A stretch of 64,000 nucleotides of DNA. Origin: a virus. The position numbers and the translations under genes are program-made. The notes under the pieces were generated by a model that saw nothing but the letters and a program-made list of their open reading frames with translations, had not been told where the DNA came from and made no database searches. The stretch is taken from the IMG/VR virus record IMGVR_UViG_3300031857_000055, positions 32,001-96,000 of that record; one strand, 5' to 3'. This document shows, in pieces, positions 40,901 through 48,722 of this stretch (the first letter of the stretch is position 1; the number at the start of each line of letters is the position of its first letter).

Positions 40901-43900
40901 GCACCCCGATGCTACAGAAGAACCATATATCTATGTATTCGCTACACAGTGGGCATTTAGTGGCGGGCCAGTATATACGGTTCCGGAAGCTACTGAAATT
41001 AAATATGTAGAAGAACAGCTTGCTACAGCACTTCCTAATAAGGCTAATTGGGAATACGATGCAGATGCAATTGATATTGACAGCTTTGATTTTAGCTGGC
41101 ACCCATATGTAGAAGATCAGCCCTACATCTATCAGTTTGGTACTCAGTGGTGGGAAACAGGTGGCCCTAGATACATTGCCCCCGGTGCCGATGCTGACAG
41201 CCCTATCAAATATATTGATACTAGAATTATCAAGGCTACAACAAAGTCCAGACTAGACAATTGGGAAATACCCGATACCGTTGATGTTTCTAAATTTGAT
41301 TTATCTTGGGTACCGCATCCGGAAGACCCGCCCTATATCTATGTGTTTGGTAACCAATGGTTCCCTGCTGAAAAGATGCCCACTGTAAAGTATCATGTCG
41401 AGGGCGCAACTGAATTAAAGTATGTGTCAACCATTAGTGCTACACTAAAGCCAGACATGACAAACTGGAGAATTCCTAAGAATCTTGTCATTAAAGATTT
41501 TGACTTTAGTTGGGTACCTGACCCTTACGATCCTCCGTACAATTATATATTCGGAAATCAGTGGTACGGAGCTCAAGAAATGACAACGGTGACATACGCT
41601 GCTCCGGGGGCTAAAGAAGATAAATTTGTAACTGATATAGTTGCAACTTTAGGAAAGAACTTAACTAACTGGGAAATTCCTGCAGGAGTCGATGTTCGTA
41701 GGTTTGATTTTAGCTGGATACCGCATCCAGCTGCACCCCCTTATATCTATCAGTTTGGTACATTACAAGATCCTACCGACGGTCCTATATATAATACTCC
41801 TAATAATAATGGAGAAACAGTCCGCGTTCCTAGATTAGAGACTGATGAAGAATTAAATCCGACAGGAGAGGCCCCATCTGAAATTCAAATCAATAGATAT
41901 TACCTTACTACTACGATAGAAGACCTTGCTAAGCAACACCCTGATGAATTGTTCTGGGCATTGAATCCAGACATTGATTATACTAATTTTGATTTCGATT
42001 GGAGACCTAGTATTGAACAAGCAGAATACGTTCATGCGTTCGGTTCTGCTGCCAGTGAAAAGACACAGACATATTTCGTTAACGGTCCACAATGGGTCAA
42101 GGGAAATCGTGCTATCAACTGGGTACAAAACGTAGAACTAACTGAAAAGGCATTGGCGGAGATGTTCGTTAAGCCTGATATGTTCTTTGTTGATAGAAGC
42201 AACCCTGAATCTGCTGCTAGATTTGAAGCACTAAGGGCGAAATATGGTACAAGAATTCAGAAGACTCGCTATCTGAATAGCTGGGTTGACACTATCAATC
42301 GTTGTGCTAATCGTGCAACGAGTAGTTTGATTTGGGTATTGAATAGCGAACTTGACTATAGCGATTTTAACTTTGATTACTATCCTAACCCTTGGCAGAT
42401 GAAGATGGTTCATGTGTTTGGTACTCAGTGGTCACATTGGGGAACTACATTCATGGTCAACCGTGAGACATTTGCGGAAGACACCAAATATATCAAGATC
42501 ATTGAACACTTGAGTAATCTAAACTTTGTGAAAGACATTAGAGCTAAAGCTACAAAATGCAGTCACGATATCATTGTAATTGATCACGGTAATAAAGAAA
42601 CATCCGATGTTGTATCCATCTTACAGCAGAAGGCGCCGGACAGAACAGTTGTTACTACCAAATACAATGGCAGCTATTTGGACACACTAAGAGAAGTTAT
42701 CAAGCGCCAGCCTGAAAAGAAAGAACATTTCATTTGGGTATGCTCAAGTGTTTGCGATTACACTAACTTTGATTTCACATATATCATTGATCCATTTTCA
42801 AGAGACAATCTACATGTTTTTCCTAGCGGTAAGCAGAAGTTCGGAGACACGTTCTTCATTGATGTTAATAATGCAAGAGAAGTAATCAGTGAACTTGACA
42901 AGCTTGAAAACTTTACTAAGGTAAATTATAATGGTGCTGTGAAGGCAGAACGCCTAAAAGAACCAATCATCGTCATTAGTGATGACACTCATACGAGTTC
43001 AATTGACAAAATTACTGACTTCCCTTATGCGACATTAATTACAAGTGATAACGTTGACATTGGTAAGGTTGACATAGAGCCAATGAATCTATGGTCAGCC
43101 GAAACTAAGAATATCTACGTGACAAGCACAGGTTCTACTAGAATTGTTGCTCCTAAAGAAATCAAGGATCACGTTAAGAAAGAGCTATACGAATATCCAT
43201 ATATCAAACGTGCTCCTAAGCTGGCATTGTCAAATCCATTAGACATTGTGTTCTTGAGTAACGGAGAAACTGGAGCAGAAGAACATTATGAGCATTTGCT
43301 GAATATCACTAAGAATCTCCCTAACAGAGTAGTGAGAGTGGATGGCGTGAATGGTCGTGCAGCAGCATATCACGCAGCAGCAGAAGCAAGCAACACTCCT
43401 TGGATGTTCACTGTGTTTGCTAAGCTGAAGGTCAGTCCTAAGTTTGACTTTAACTGGCAACCAGATAGAATGCAGAGTCCAAAGCATTATATCTTCCATG
43501 CAAAGAATCCTGTTAATGGATTGGTATATGGTCACCAAGCAATGATTGCGTACAATAAGAAGCTAACTCTAGCCAATGACGGTAAAGGACTAGACTTTAC
43601 ATTAGATGATGAGCATGAAGTTGTTCCGTTGATTTCAGGTACTGCTCAATACAACACTGATGAGTTCTCAACATGGAGAACAGCATTCAGAGAGGTCATC
43701 AAGCTTAGAGCAGATGATAGCGAAGTGTCTAAGGAAAGACTTGATGCATGGTTGAATAAGGCAGAGGGTGACTTTGCTCAATACAGCATCAAGGGTGCGT
43801 TGGATGCAGACGAGTATTACGATGAAGTAGACGGCGACTTTGACCAGTTGAAGTTGAGCTATGAGTGGGCTTGGCTCAGAGAAAAATTTGACCAAATCTG

Positions 43901-43901
43901 A
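37911..43901 (+). CDS. 1996-aa tandem-repeat protein with degenerate GT-A-like domains at the C-terminus
   Basis: About 18 copies of a ~65-aa unit 'W..P...D...FDFSWxP....PYIYxFGxQW...GGP.Y...GA...KY'. C-terminal domain homologous to 10540..11490. Confidence 0.75.
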   Translation: MLRDVFYYGKKPNVHPREQFAENLADARLKATTRDFWIINEFCDYRNFDWDFDFEFLPDEDVWAEDHNNVWPSQHQKDSGTWLCSKEHSDLIIYRGDVDPVIRKNEKTDHWVELDLINHNKFDFSWHPDPTDPPYIYKWPCKFFPAEFKHVLEYRVPGATQEKYMNTIAELVPEYDRWEEHQAIDKDRFDMSWRPNPLDPPFTYVWGNKYIDGTLRPTLEYHTPGATDKKYMSELVPVLPETDRWSIVEDIDKTSFDFSWRPDPREPAFIYVFGNEQYDGTIMPTVEYHCPDANEIKYVTDIKAKLSSKRELFEHLEDSYGLDYTWRPDPTSPPYIYAWGNQWNAPEDKISVQYVVDGATEYKYMTDRAVRRPCMDNWIVPKDVDTTGFDFSWEPSPAAPPYIYEFATQWQKTGGPQYVVPGATEKQYVDFQKVRKLPSVDNWNVPDNIDSTTFDFSWHPDDTSPPYIYVFATQWAFSGGPVYKVEGATEIKYVDEQVATAKPDRTNWVYDEKLIDIAEFDFSWHPYVEDQPYIYQFGTQWQKTGGPKYITSGADSSSPVKYIDTRIIKSTRLPTPDNKCWNNLYPIKDFDYSWHPDDTEEPYIYVFGNTQYPAEECATIEYRMEGATQVKYVRDIVATLDIDMTNWVIPKNVDCAGFDFSWIPNPNDPLYIYEFGTQHQKTGGPRYVVSNATEIKYIDSQKVIILPNKSDWFIPDNVDVAEFDFSWHPDDTDPPYIYQFGTQWALSGGPRYVVDGATEIKYMDNLVAKALPDRTNWVYDENLIDVAEFDFSWHPYAEDDPYIYQIGTQWQKTGGPKYITPGADLSSPVKYIDTRIIKARRLENPENTCWVRNYPIKHFDYSWHPDETEEPYIYVFGNKQFLAEECATVEYRIPGATTVKYIPDIIATLDVNMDKWVVPDNIDTTDFDFSWIPNPSEPPYIYEFGTQWQKTGGPKYVMPGAWRGTKYVDDQTAKRLPDHQYWTVPDYIDKESFDFSWHPDATEEPYIYVFATQWAFSGGPVYTVPEATEIKYVEEQLATALPNKANWEYDADAIDIDSFDFSWHPYVEDQPYIYQFGTQWWETGGPRYIAPGADADSPIKYIDTRIIKATTKSRLDNWEIPDTVDVSKFDLSWVPHPEDPPYIYVFGNQWFPAEKMPTVKYHVEGATELKYVSTISATLKPDMTNWRIPKNLVIKDFDFSWVPDPYDPPYNYIFGNQWYGAQEMTTVTYAAPGAKEDKFVTDIVATLGKNLTNWEIPAGVDVRRFDFSWIPHPAAPPYIYQFGTLQDPTDGPIYNTPNNNGETVRVPRLETDEELNPTGEAPSEIQINRYYLTTTIEDLAKQHPDELFWALNPDIDYTNFDFDWRPSIEQAEYVHAFGSAASEKTQTYFVNGPQWVKGNRAINWVQNVELTEKALAEMFVKPDMFFVDRSNPESAARFEALRAKYGTRIQKTRYLNSWVDTINRCANRATSSLIWVLNSELDYSDFNFDYYPNPWQMKMVHVFGTQWSHWGTTFMVNRETFAEDTKYIKIIEHLSNLNFVKDIRAKATKCSHDIIVIDHGNKETSDVVSILQQKAPDRTVVTTKYNGSYLDTLREVIKRQPEKKEHFIWVCSSVCDYTNFDFTYIIDPFSRDNLHVFPSGKQKFGDTFFIDVNNAREVISELDKLENFTKVNYNGAVKAERLKEPIIVISDDTHTSSIDKITDFPYATLITSDNVDIGKVDIEPMNLWSAETKNIYVTSTGSTRIVAPKEIKDHVKKELYEYPYIKRAPKLALSNPLDIVFLSNGETGAEEHYEHLLNITKNLPNRVVRVDGVNGRAAAYHAAAEASNTPWMFTVFAKLKVSPKFDFNWQPDRMQSPKHYIFHAKNPVNGLVYGHQAMIAYNKKLTLANDGKGLDFTLDDEHEVVPLISGTAQYNTDEFSTWRTAFREVIKLRADDSEVSKERLDAWLNKAEGDFAQYSIKGALDADEYYDEVDGDFDQLKLSYEWAWLREKFDQI
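38270..41800 (+). repeat. Coding tandem repeat (~200-nt units) with a ~810-nt higher-order period
   Basis: Units recur in blocks of four. DNA near 39421, 40230 and 41040 is visibly similar (ttgggtctatgatgaaaa...gattttagttggcatcc). Confidence 0.8.
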
Positions 43902-43911
43902 CATAAACCGG

Positions 43912-43940
43912 TTGACAACGATAAAAAAGATAAGTATAGT
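43912..43940 (+). promoter_or_regulatory. Sigma70-type (early) promoter
   Basis: TTGACA-N17-TATAGT. Confidence 0.75.
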
Positions 43941-43950
43941 AGAGGGTAAT

Positions 43951-44088
43951 ATGAAAGAAAATATTTTATACAATCAAAAATTTCTAGCCACAGCCGTGCT
44001 AGTAACTCCCTTAATTCCGGTGATAGCGTATGCCACATACAGGCTGGCACTTGAAGTTTGGTGTATCGCATACGGTTTAATCTACTAA
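43951..44088 (+). CDS. Small membrane protein (45 aa)
   Basis: GAGGG RBS, ATG 43951, hydrophobic 'FLATAVLVTPLIPVIAYA' segment. Confidence 0.55.
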   Translation: MKENILYNQKFLATAVLVTPLIPVIAYATYRLALEVWCIAYGLIY

Positions 44089-44106
44089 CAGCCAAAGGAG
44101 GCTACT

Positions 44107-44469
44107 ATGAAGAAGATTGTTTCGCTTATTACAATGACTGCAATGCTTGCAGTTTCTACTCCTGCTTATGCAGATCATAGGCAACGTGATTATCGCTGGG
44201 GTAATGACAGAAATGTACACAGCCCTTATCATAGACAGCATCATCGTCGTGATCGTGGTGTAAGCACTGAAGGTGCAATTATCATCGGCCTTGGAGCATT
44301 GCTTGTAGGTAAGGCTATTGCTGATAGTAATAACCGTCGTCGCAATCGTGAAGTAATCGTAGTAGAACGTCATCAGCCGCAACCTCGCCAAATTTGCGAA
44401 GACATAGTTCAGCGTGACTATTACGGCAACCCATATGTTGCTGGTCGTAACTGCTGGTATGAACAGTGA
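44107..44469 (+). CDS. Secreted/periplasmic Arg/His-rich protein with glycine-zipper-like segment
   Basis: AAGGAGG RBS, signal peptide ending 'PAYA', 'GAIIIGLGALLVGKAIA' and two C-terminal Cys. Confidence 0.7.
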   Translation: MKKIVSLITMTAMLAVSTPAYADHRQRDYRWGNDRNVHSPYHRQHHRRDRGVSTEGAIIIGLGALLVGKAIADSNNRRRNREVIVVERHQPQPRQICEDIVQRDYYGNPYVAGRNCWYEQ

Positions 44470-44630
44470 TTGATTGGTCCGGTATGCGTCCTGTTCGTGA
44501 GCCAACAAGGAAAGAGCGAGGACGCTATCAGCGTTGGGTAAAGTACCTCAAGGACTCAAAACTCACCGAACAGCAAATTCATGAACGAGCAGCTAGGTTA
44601 ACTGAATTGGGTCGTGACCCTGATCTATAA
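44466..44630 (+). CDS. 54-aa hypothetical protein (not in ORF track)
   Basis: GTG overlapping previous stop: MIDWSGMRPVREPTRKERGRYQRWVKYLKDSKLTEQQIHERAARLTELGRDPDL. Confidence 0.5.
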   Translation: MIDWSGMRPVREPTRKERGRYQRWVKYLKDSKLTEQQIHERAARLTELGRDPDL

Positions 44631-44632
44631 TT

Positions 44633-44800
44633 ATGGTAGTTTGTAATTGTAGAAACATCAGGGAATCGCAATTCACCTGCAGGGAAGAACTAGCTGCCCG
44701 CATTTTACAAGACGATTATTGTTGTGGTACATGCTTAGACGAGTTTTTACCAAACGACAATAAAAAGATTGACACAGATCACCAAATAGTATATAAATAG
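44633..44800 (+). CDS. Bfd-like [2Fe-2S] ferredoxin, 55 aa (not in ORF track)
   Basis: MVVCNCRNIRESQFTCREELAARILQDDYCCGTCLDEFLPND...: N-terminal VCxC plus CGxC, the bacterioferritin-associated ferredoxin pattern with a shortened spacer. Confidence 0.6.
   Translation: MVVCNCRNIRESQFTCREELAARILQDDYCCGTCLDEFLPNDNKKIDTDHQIVYK
44769..44799 (+). promoter_or_regulatory. tmRNA promoter: sigma70-type with embedded T4-late-type box
   Basis: TTGACA (44769-74)-N17-TATAAA. The -10 region reads TATAAATA (44792-99). Confidence 0.75.
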
Positions 44801-44803
44801 TTT

Positions 44804-45046
44804 ATCAGTTGTTTGATGCAATCTGATGTTTGTGCAGGACCCGGGGGCGGTACCCGGCGCCTCCACCATAAACTTATGGGGGCGAAATAGGATCGACTGC
44901 AAGGCAGAGGTGAGAGTAGACTGATTGGTTGGCCGCATATAAGCCAAAAACTGTAAATGTCGCAGCTAATGACAACAATGTGGATCTTGCCCTAGCGGCA
45001 TGATTTTACGGGGTCCGGGGAGGACCTAGCAACAGAACCTCCCCAT
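44804..45046 (+). ncRNA. ssrA: Circularly permuted two-piece tmRNA, alphaproteobacterial type
   Basis: T-arm CCGGG-GGCGGTA-CCCGG (44841-57), acceptor 3' strand CGCCTCC-A-CCA (44858-68), 9-nt intervening segment, then 5' strand GGGGGCG (44878-84) giving G3.U70. Tag frame (A)ANDNNVDLALAA-TGA (44962-45003). AACAGAA (45031-37) in the terminal pseudoknot. Ends approximate. Confidence 0.95.
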
Positions 45047-45072
45047 CACTCTCCGTACTTGATAAATACAGT

Positions 45073-47151
45073 ATGGACATTAATGAATTAGAATCCTTTA
45101 AACTTAGTGACGCTGTAACATTCCACAAGGAATTGAACCCTAAGTTGTGGGAAGGTAATAAGCTTGACCCGGCAGTACGTGATCAGCTATTGGTGATTGC
45201 CGAAGACTTTGTAGAATATCTAGGCATTAGTAATCTTAAAGTTAGAGACGTTACTATCTCAGGTAGTAACGCTGCCTATTCATATACTCCTCACAGTGAC
45301 TTAGACTTGCACATATTGGTAGACTTCAATGAACTACCAAACAACGAAGTGTACCAAGAACTATTCACAGCAAAGAAAACATTATACAACGATGCCCACG
45401 ACATTACAGTTCGTGATGTTCCTGTAGAATTATATGTACAGGACACTAACCAACCCCATTTTAGCTTAGGTGAATACAGCGTTGTCTATGACAAATGGAT
45501 TCGTATTCCTAAAAAGCGTAAAGCAAACTTTGACGAAGCTGCAACCAAAGCAAAGTATGAGAAGCTTGGTGACCTCGTTGAGTTGGCATTGAAGTCACGA
45601 GATCCAAAAAGAGTCAACGATACCCTCGCACTAATCAAGCGTTATCGCAAGAGCGGACTAGAGAAAGCTGGCGAGTTTGGCCCTGAGAATCTGGCATTCA
45701 AAGCAATCAGAAAGCAGGGACTGATTCAAGACCTACACGACCTCAAAGCACAATTACACGCTGAAAAGTTAAGCATTGACGAATATGCTAACGAAGATTA
45801 TGATCCAAACGGTCCGCCCCCTGGACCTGAATTTAAGCCTACGATGCCAGCCGGTACAGTCAGAGTAGACGTTAGTGACGTATACGATTGGTACAAGCTA
45901 GGACAGCATATCAGCAATATGAAAGGCTTAGGCAAGCACGACTTTGGTAAAGGACCTCCCAGCACCATTCTATCATTCGGTGATGAAGATACCGAACACA
46001 AATATATTCAAGACTTAGAAAAGACTGGTCTAACCACAACTGACATTGACCCAGTCGATCCTAATCAACCTAAGGGTATGAAGCGTCAAAAGACTGACCC
46101 TACATTTAATGTCAACGAGACAGACGATAGGAAAGCCGCAGTACTCAAGATTCAGAAACACTTGAATAAGAAGTATGGCGCTAACCTTGACCTTGATGGT
46201 AAGCTAGGTCCGTTGACTCTCAAATCAATCAACAAGTTTATGCCTAGAGCAAAGACTGGATTAGCTGATGAGCCTAATAAGACAACAGCCGTGCAGGGTA
46301 AGAAGCTAAAAGAAGCTGATAAGACATTAGGCATTACATTCACCCAAGAGCCGTATGAAGGTTGGAATGGCATGGGTGCAATGATCACTGCCTACGCCGA
46401 CGGTGATCAGGTTGGTCAAGTTATTTTTGAGCCTACCGATAGCGATAAAAATAAATGGTATGCAACTGAGGTTGAAGTAGAAGATGAATTTCAGCGTAGA
46501 GGCATAGCGACTACTATGTATGATATGGCTAAGAAAATTGCTCAAAAAGCAAACGCAGTCATTGTGCCGAGTCATGCTCAAACCTCTGATGCAAAAGGGT
46601 TATGGAAAGACAAGAAAATTTGGGAAGCATCAGGATACATTCCTAGCGAGAAAGAAAAGAACGATCCTCGCTTTAAGACTGCATTGACCGTTGATGTAAA
46701 GCCAGATAGCATTAAGAAGAATGCCAAAGCGTTTAACTGGAAAACATCACGAGCCGGCATTCCGCCACAAGCCAGAGCAGATGGTAAACTTGCGGAAGAC
46801 CTAATGCGAGAGTTTAAAAGTTTTTTGCTTGAAGATAAGCAGCCCAAAGTAGGGTATCATGTCACTGCTACAAAAAACTTACCAGTCATACGTAAGAACG
46901 GAATCAACGCAGATAGACGGGGCAATAGCTATGTTTGGGATACACTTGAAATGGCTGAATGGTTCACCGACTTTCAGAATGATGAGGGTCAAGATAGAAC
47001 GATATTAAAAATAGATATGACAGGCATTGATGCCCGCCCTGACCCGGAAGCCGAAGACATGAGTGAATGGTCAAGTAGATTTGAGCCCGGCACGAACGGC
47101 GGTGCTTGGATAGTATCAGGTTCTATTCCACCGGACAAAATCATAGGTTGA
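45073..47151 (+). CDS. Multidomain (polyvalent) protein: nucleotidyltransferase + unknown + peptidoglycan-binding + GNAT + ADP-ribosyltransferase-like domains
   Basis: 'SGSNA...SDLDLH' (Pol-beta NTase). 'VLKIQKHL...DLDGKLGPLT' (PG-binding). 'VEDEFQRRGIAT' (GNAT motif A). 'YHVTATKNLPVIRKNGI...IPPDKI' (ART/Tpt1-like). Confidence 0.7.
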   Translation: MDINELESFKLSDAVTFHKELNPKLWEGNKLDPAVRDQLLVIAEDFVEYLGISNLKVRDVTISGSNAAYSYTPHSDLDLHILVDFNELPNNEVYQELFTAKKTLYNDAHDITVRDVPVELYVQDTNQPHFSLGEYSVVYDKWIRIPKKRKANFDEAATKAKYEKLGDLVELALKSRDPKRVNDTLALIKRYRKSGLEKAGEFGPENLAFKAIRKQGLIQDLHDLKAQLHAEKLSIDEYANEDYDPNGPPPGPEFKPTMPAGTVRVDVSDVYDWYKLGQHISNMKGLGKHDFGKGPPSTILSFGDEDTEHKYIQDLEKTGLTTTDIDPVDPNQPKGMKRQKTDPTFNVNETDDRKAAVLKIQKHLNKKYGANLDLDGKLGPLTLKSINKFMPRAKTGLADEPNKTTAVQGKKLKEADKTLGITFTQEPYEGWNGMGAMITAYADGDQVGQVIFEPTDSDKNKWYATEVEVEDEFQRRGIATTMYDMAKKIAQKANAVIVPSHAQTSDAKGLWKDKKIWEASGYIPSEKEKNDPRFKTALTVDVKPDSIKKNAKAFNWKTSRAGIPPQARADGKLAEDLMREFKSFLLEDKQPKVGYHVTATKNLPVIRKNGINADRRGNSYVWDTLEMAEWFTDFQNDEGQDRTILKIDMTGIDARPDPEAEDMSEWSSRFEPGTNGGAWIVSGSIPPDKIIG

Positions 47152-47176
47152 CAATGACCCAAAACTATTGTAGTGT
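47148..47176 (+). promoter_or_regulatory. Sigma70-type promoter, probably giving a leaderless mRNA
   Basis: TTGACA-N17-TAGTGT. ATG (47183) follows 6 nt after the -10 box. Confidence 0.6.
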
Positions 47177-47182
47177 GAGATT

Positions 47183-47443
47183 ATGGCAAAGACATTCAAC
47201 ACCGCAATAGAAGCTAGGGAAATTATCATAGACCTACGCAAGCAGTTGAATAGACTGCCATACAATCCTGACCTCAGGAAACTCTGCAACAACATCGGTG
47301 AAATGAATTCCCAGCTCAGCCGGCTTGAGGTTGAAGTTAGGCAGACCCGCAAGACTTACAAGTTTGACGCACATAAGGAAGAAATGGTCAAGGCTATCAA
47401 GCATCTTGAACAGCTTATCCTTATGGCAAAACTGATGGCATAA
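47183..47443 (+). CDS. Hypothetical helical protein
   Basis: 86 aa, coiled-coil-like, own promoter. Confidence 0.65.
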   Translation: MAKTFNTAIEAREIIIDLRKQLNRLPYNPDLRKLCNNIGEMNSQLSRLEVEVRQTRKTYKFDAHKEEMVKAIKHLEQLILMAKLMA

Positions 47444-47471
47444 AAAAATATCCACTACGGCGAAAAAGTGG

Positions 47472-47500
47472 TTGACTTACCCCTCACAATCACGTATAAC
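47472..47500 (+). promoter_or_regulatory. Sigma70-type (early) promoter
   Basis: TTGACT-N17-TATAAC. 5'UTR hairpin ATAGAGAG/CTCTCTAT, then AAGGAG RBS. Confidence 0.7.
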
Positions 47501-47561
47501 AAGACTATAGAGAGCAACGAAGCAAACACTCTCTATTTGTTCAAACTAAGGAGCTTAAATT

Positions 47562-48662
47562 ATGTCTCAAATGTCCGATAATCTCACTATCACTTCTATT
47601 CAGGCCCGTAAGGCTATTCTCGCTGCGTTCAAGGCAAAGCGTCCTGTCTTCCTCTGGGGCCCTCCGGGTATTGGTAAGTCTGAATGCGTTCAGGAAATCA
47701 CTGATGAACTCGGTGGCTACATGGTCGATCTTCGCATGGCGCAGATGGAACCGACTGACATTCGCGGTATCCCTTACTTCAACAAGGAAATCGGCAAGAT
47801 GGATTGGGCCGAGCCCGTCGATCTTCCCAGCGAAGAACTCGCTGCACAGTATCCGATTGTCGTTCTTTTCCTTGACGAAATGAACTCTGCCCCGCCCGCT
47901 GTTCAGGCTGCTGGTTATCAGCTTATTCTGAACCGTCGTGTTGGTAAGTATAAGCTGCCTGATAACGTTGTTATCGTTGCTGCTGGTAACCGCGATAGCG
48001 ACAAGGGTGTTACGTATCGTATGCCGATGCCGCTTGCTAACCGTTTCGTTCACCTTGAAATGCGCCCTGACTTCAACTCTTGGCAGCAGTGGGCTGTTAA
48101 CAAGGGCGTTCACAAGGACGTTGTTGGTTATCTCTCGTTCGCTAAGCAGGACATGTATGACTTTGATGCTAAGGCTTCGTCTCGTGCCTTCGCTACCCCG
48201 CGTTCGTGGGTGTTCGTGAGCGACCTGCTCACTGACGAGGACAACGTTGATAACGATACGCTGTTCAACCTCGTTGCTGGTGCTGTCGGTGACGGTCTCG
48301 CTACTAAGTTCATGGCACATCGTCGTGTTGCTGGTCAGATGCCGAACCCTGCTGACATTCTTGATGGTAAGGTCAAGGACCTTAAGGTCAAGGAAATCTC
48401 CGCGATGTATTCGCTTACGATTTCTATGTGCTACGAACTCAAGGAAGCACTTGACAACAAGCGTGTTGACACTAAGCAGTTCCACGTGATGGCCGATAAC
48501 TTCTTTGAATACATCATGAAGAACTTCGAAACTGAACTGGTTGTGATGGGTGCTAAGATTGCGCTTAAGACGTACCGTCTGCCGATTGAGCCCTCGCAGC
48601 TTTCTAACTTTGACGAGTTCCACAAGAAGTACGGTAAGTACATCGTGGAAGCTGGCAACTAA
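47562..48662 (+). CDS. MoxR-like AAA+ ATPase
   Basis: Walker A GPPGIGKS, Walker B LFLDE, 'AAGN' sensor and 'PLANRF' arginine finger. Confidence 0.9.
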   Translation: MSQMSDNLTITSIQARKAILAAFKAKRPVFLWGPPGIGKSECVQEITDELGGYMVDLRMAQMEPTDIRGIPYFNKEIGKMDWAEPVDLPSEELAAQYPIVVLFLDEMNSAPPAVQAAGYQLILNRRVGKYKLPDNVVIVAAGNRDSDKGVTYRMPMPLANRFVHLEMRPDFNSWQQWAVNKGVHKDVVGYLSFAKQDMYDFDAKASSRAFATPRSWVFVSDLLTDEDNVDNDTLFNLVAGAVGDGLATKFMAHRRVAGQMPNPADILDGKVKDLKVKEISAMYSLTISMCYELKEALDNKRVDTKQFHVMADNFFEYIMKNFETELVVMGAKIALKTYRLPIEPSQLSNFDEFHKKYGKYIVEAGN

Positions 48663-48675
48663 GCCAGCAAGCTCC

Positions 48676-48710
48676 GGGGGAGGGTTCGAGACAGCCCTCC
48701 CCCATTTTTC
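48676..48710 (+). terminator. Intrinsic terminator
   Basis: GGGGGAGGGT/GCCCTCCCCC stem followed by ATTTTT. Confidence 0.8.
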
Positions 48711-48722
48711 GTAGGTATTAAT

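Noticed and set aside
38270-41800. CRISPR array or DGR template/variable repeats
   Set aside because: Repeats are in-frame, degenerate at synonymous positions and lack unique spacers. There is no cas or reverse transcriptase gene in the window.
44841-44890. Stand-alone tRNA-Ala, or the 66-aa minus ORF 44747..44947
   Set aside because: There is no anticodon arm and the halves are in permuted order. The tmRNA explains the region fully.
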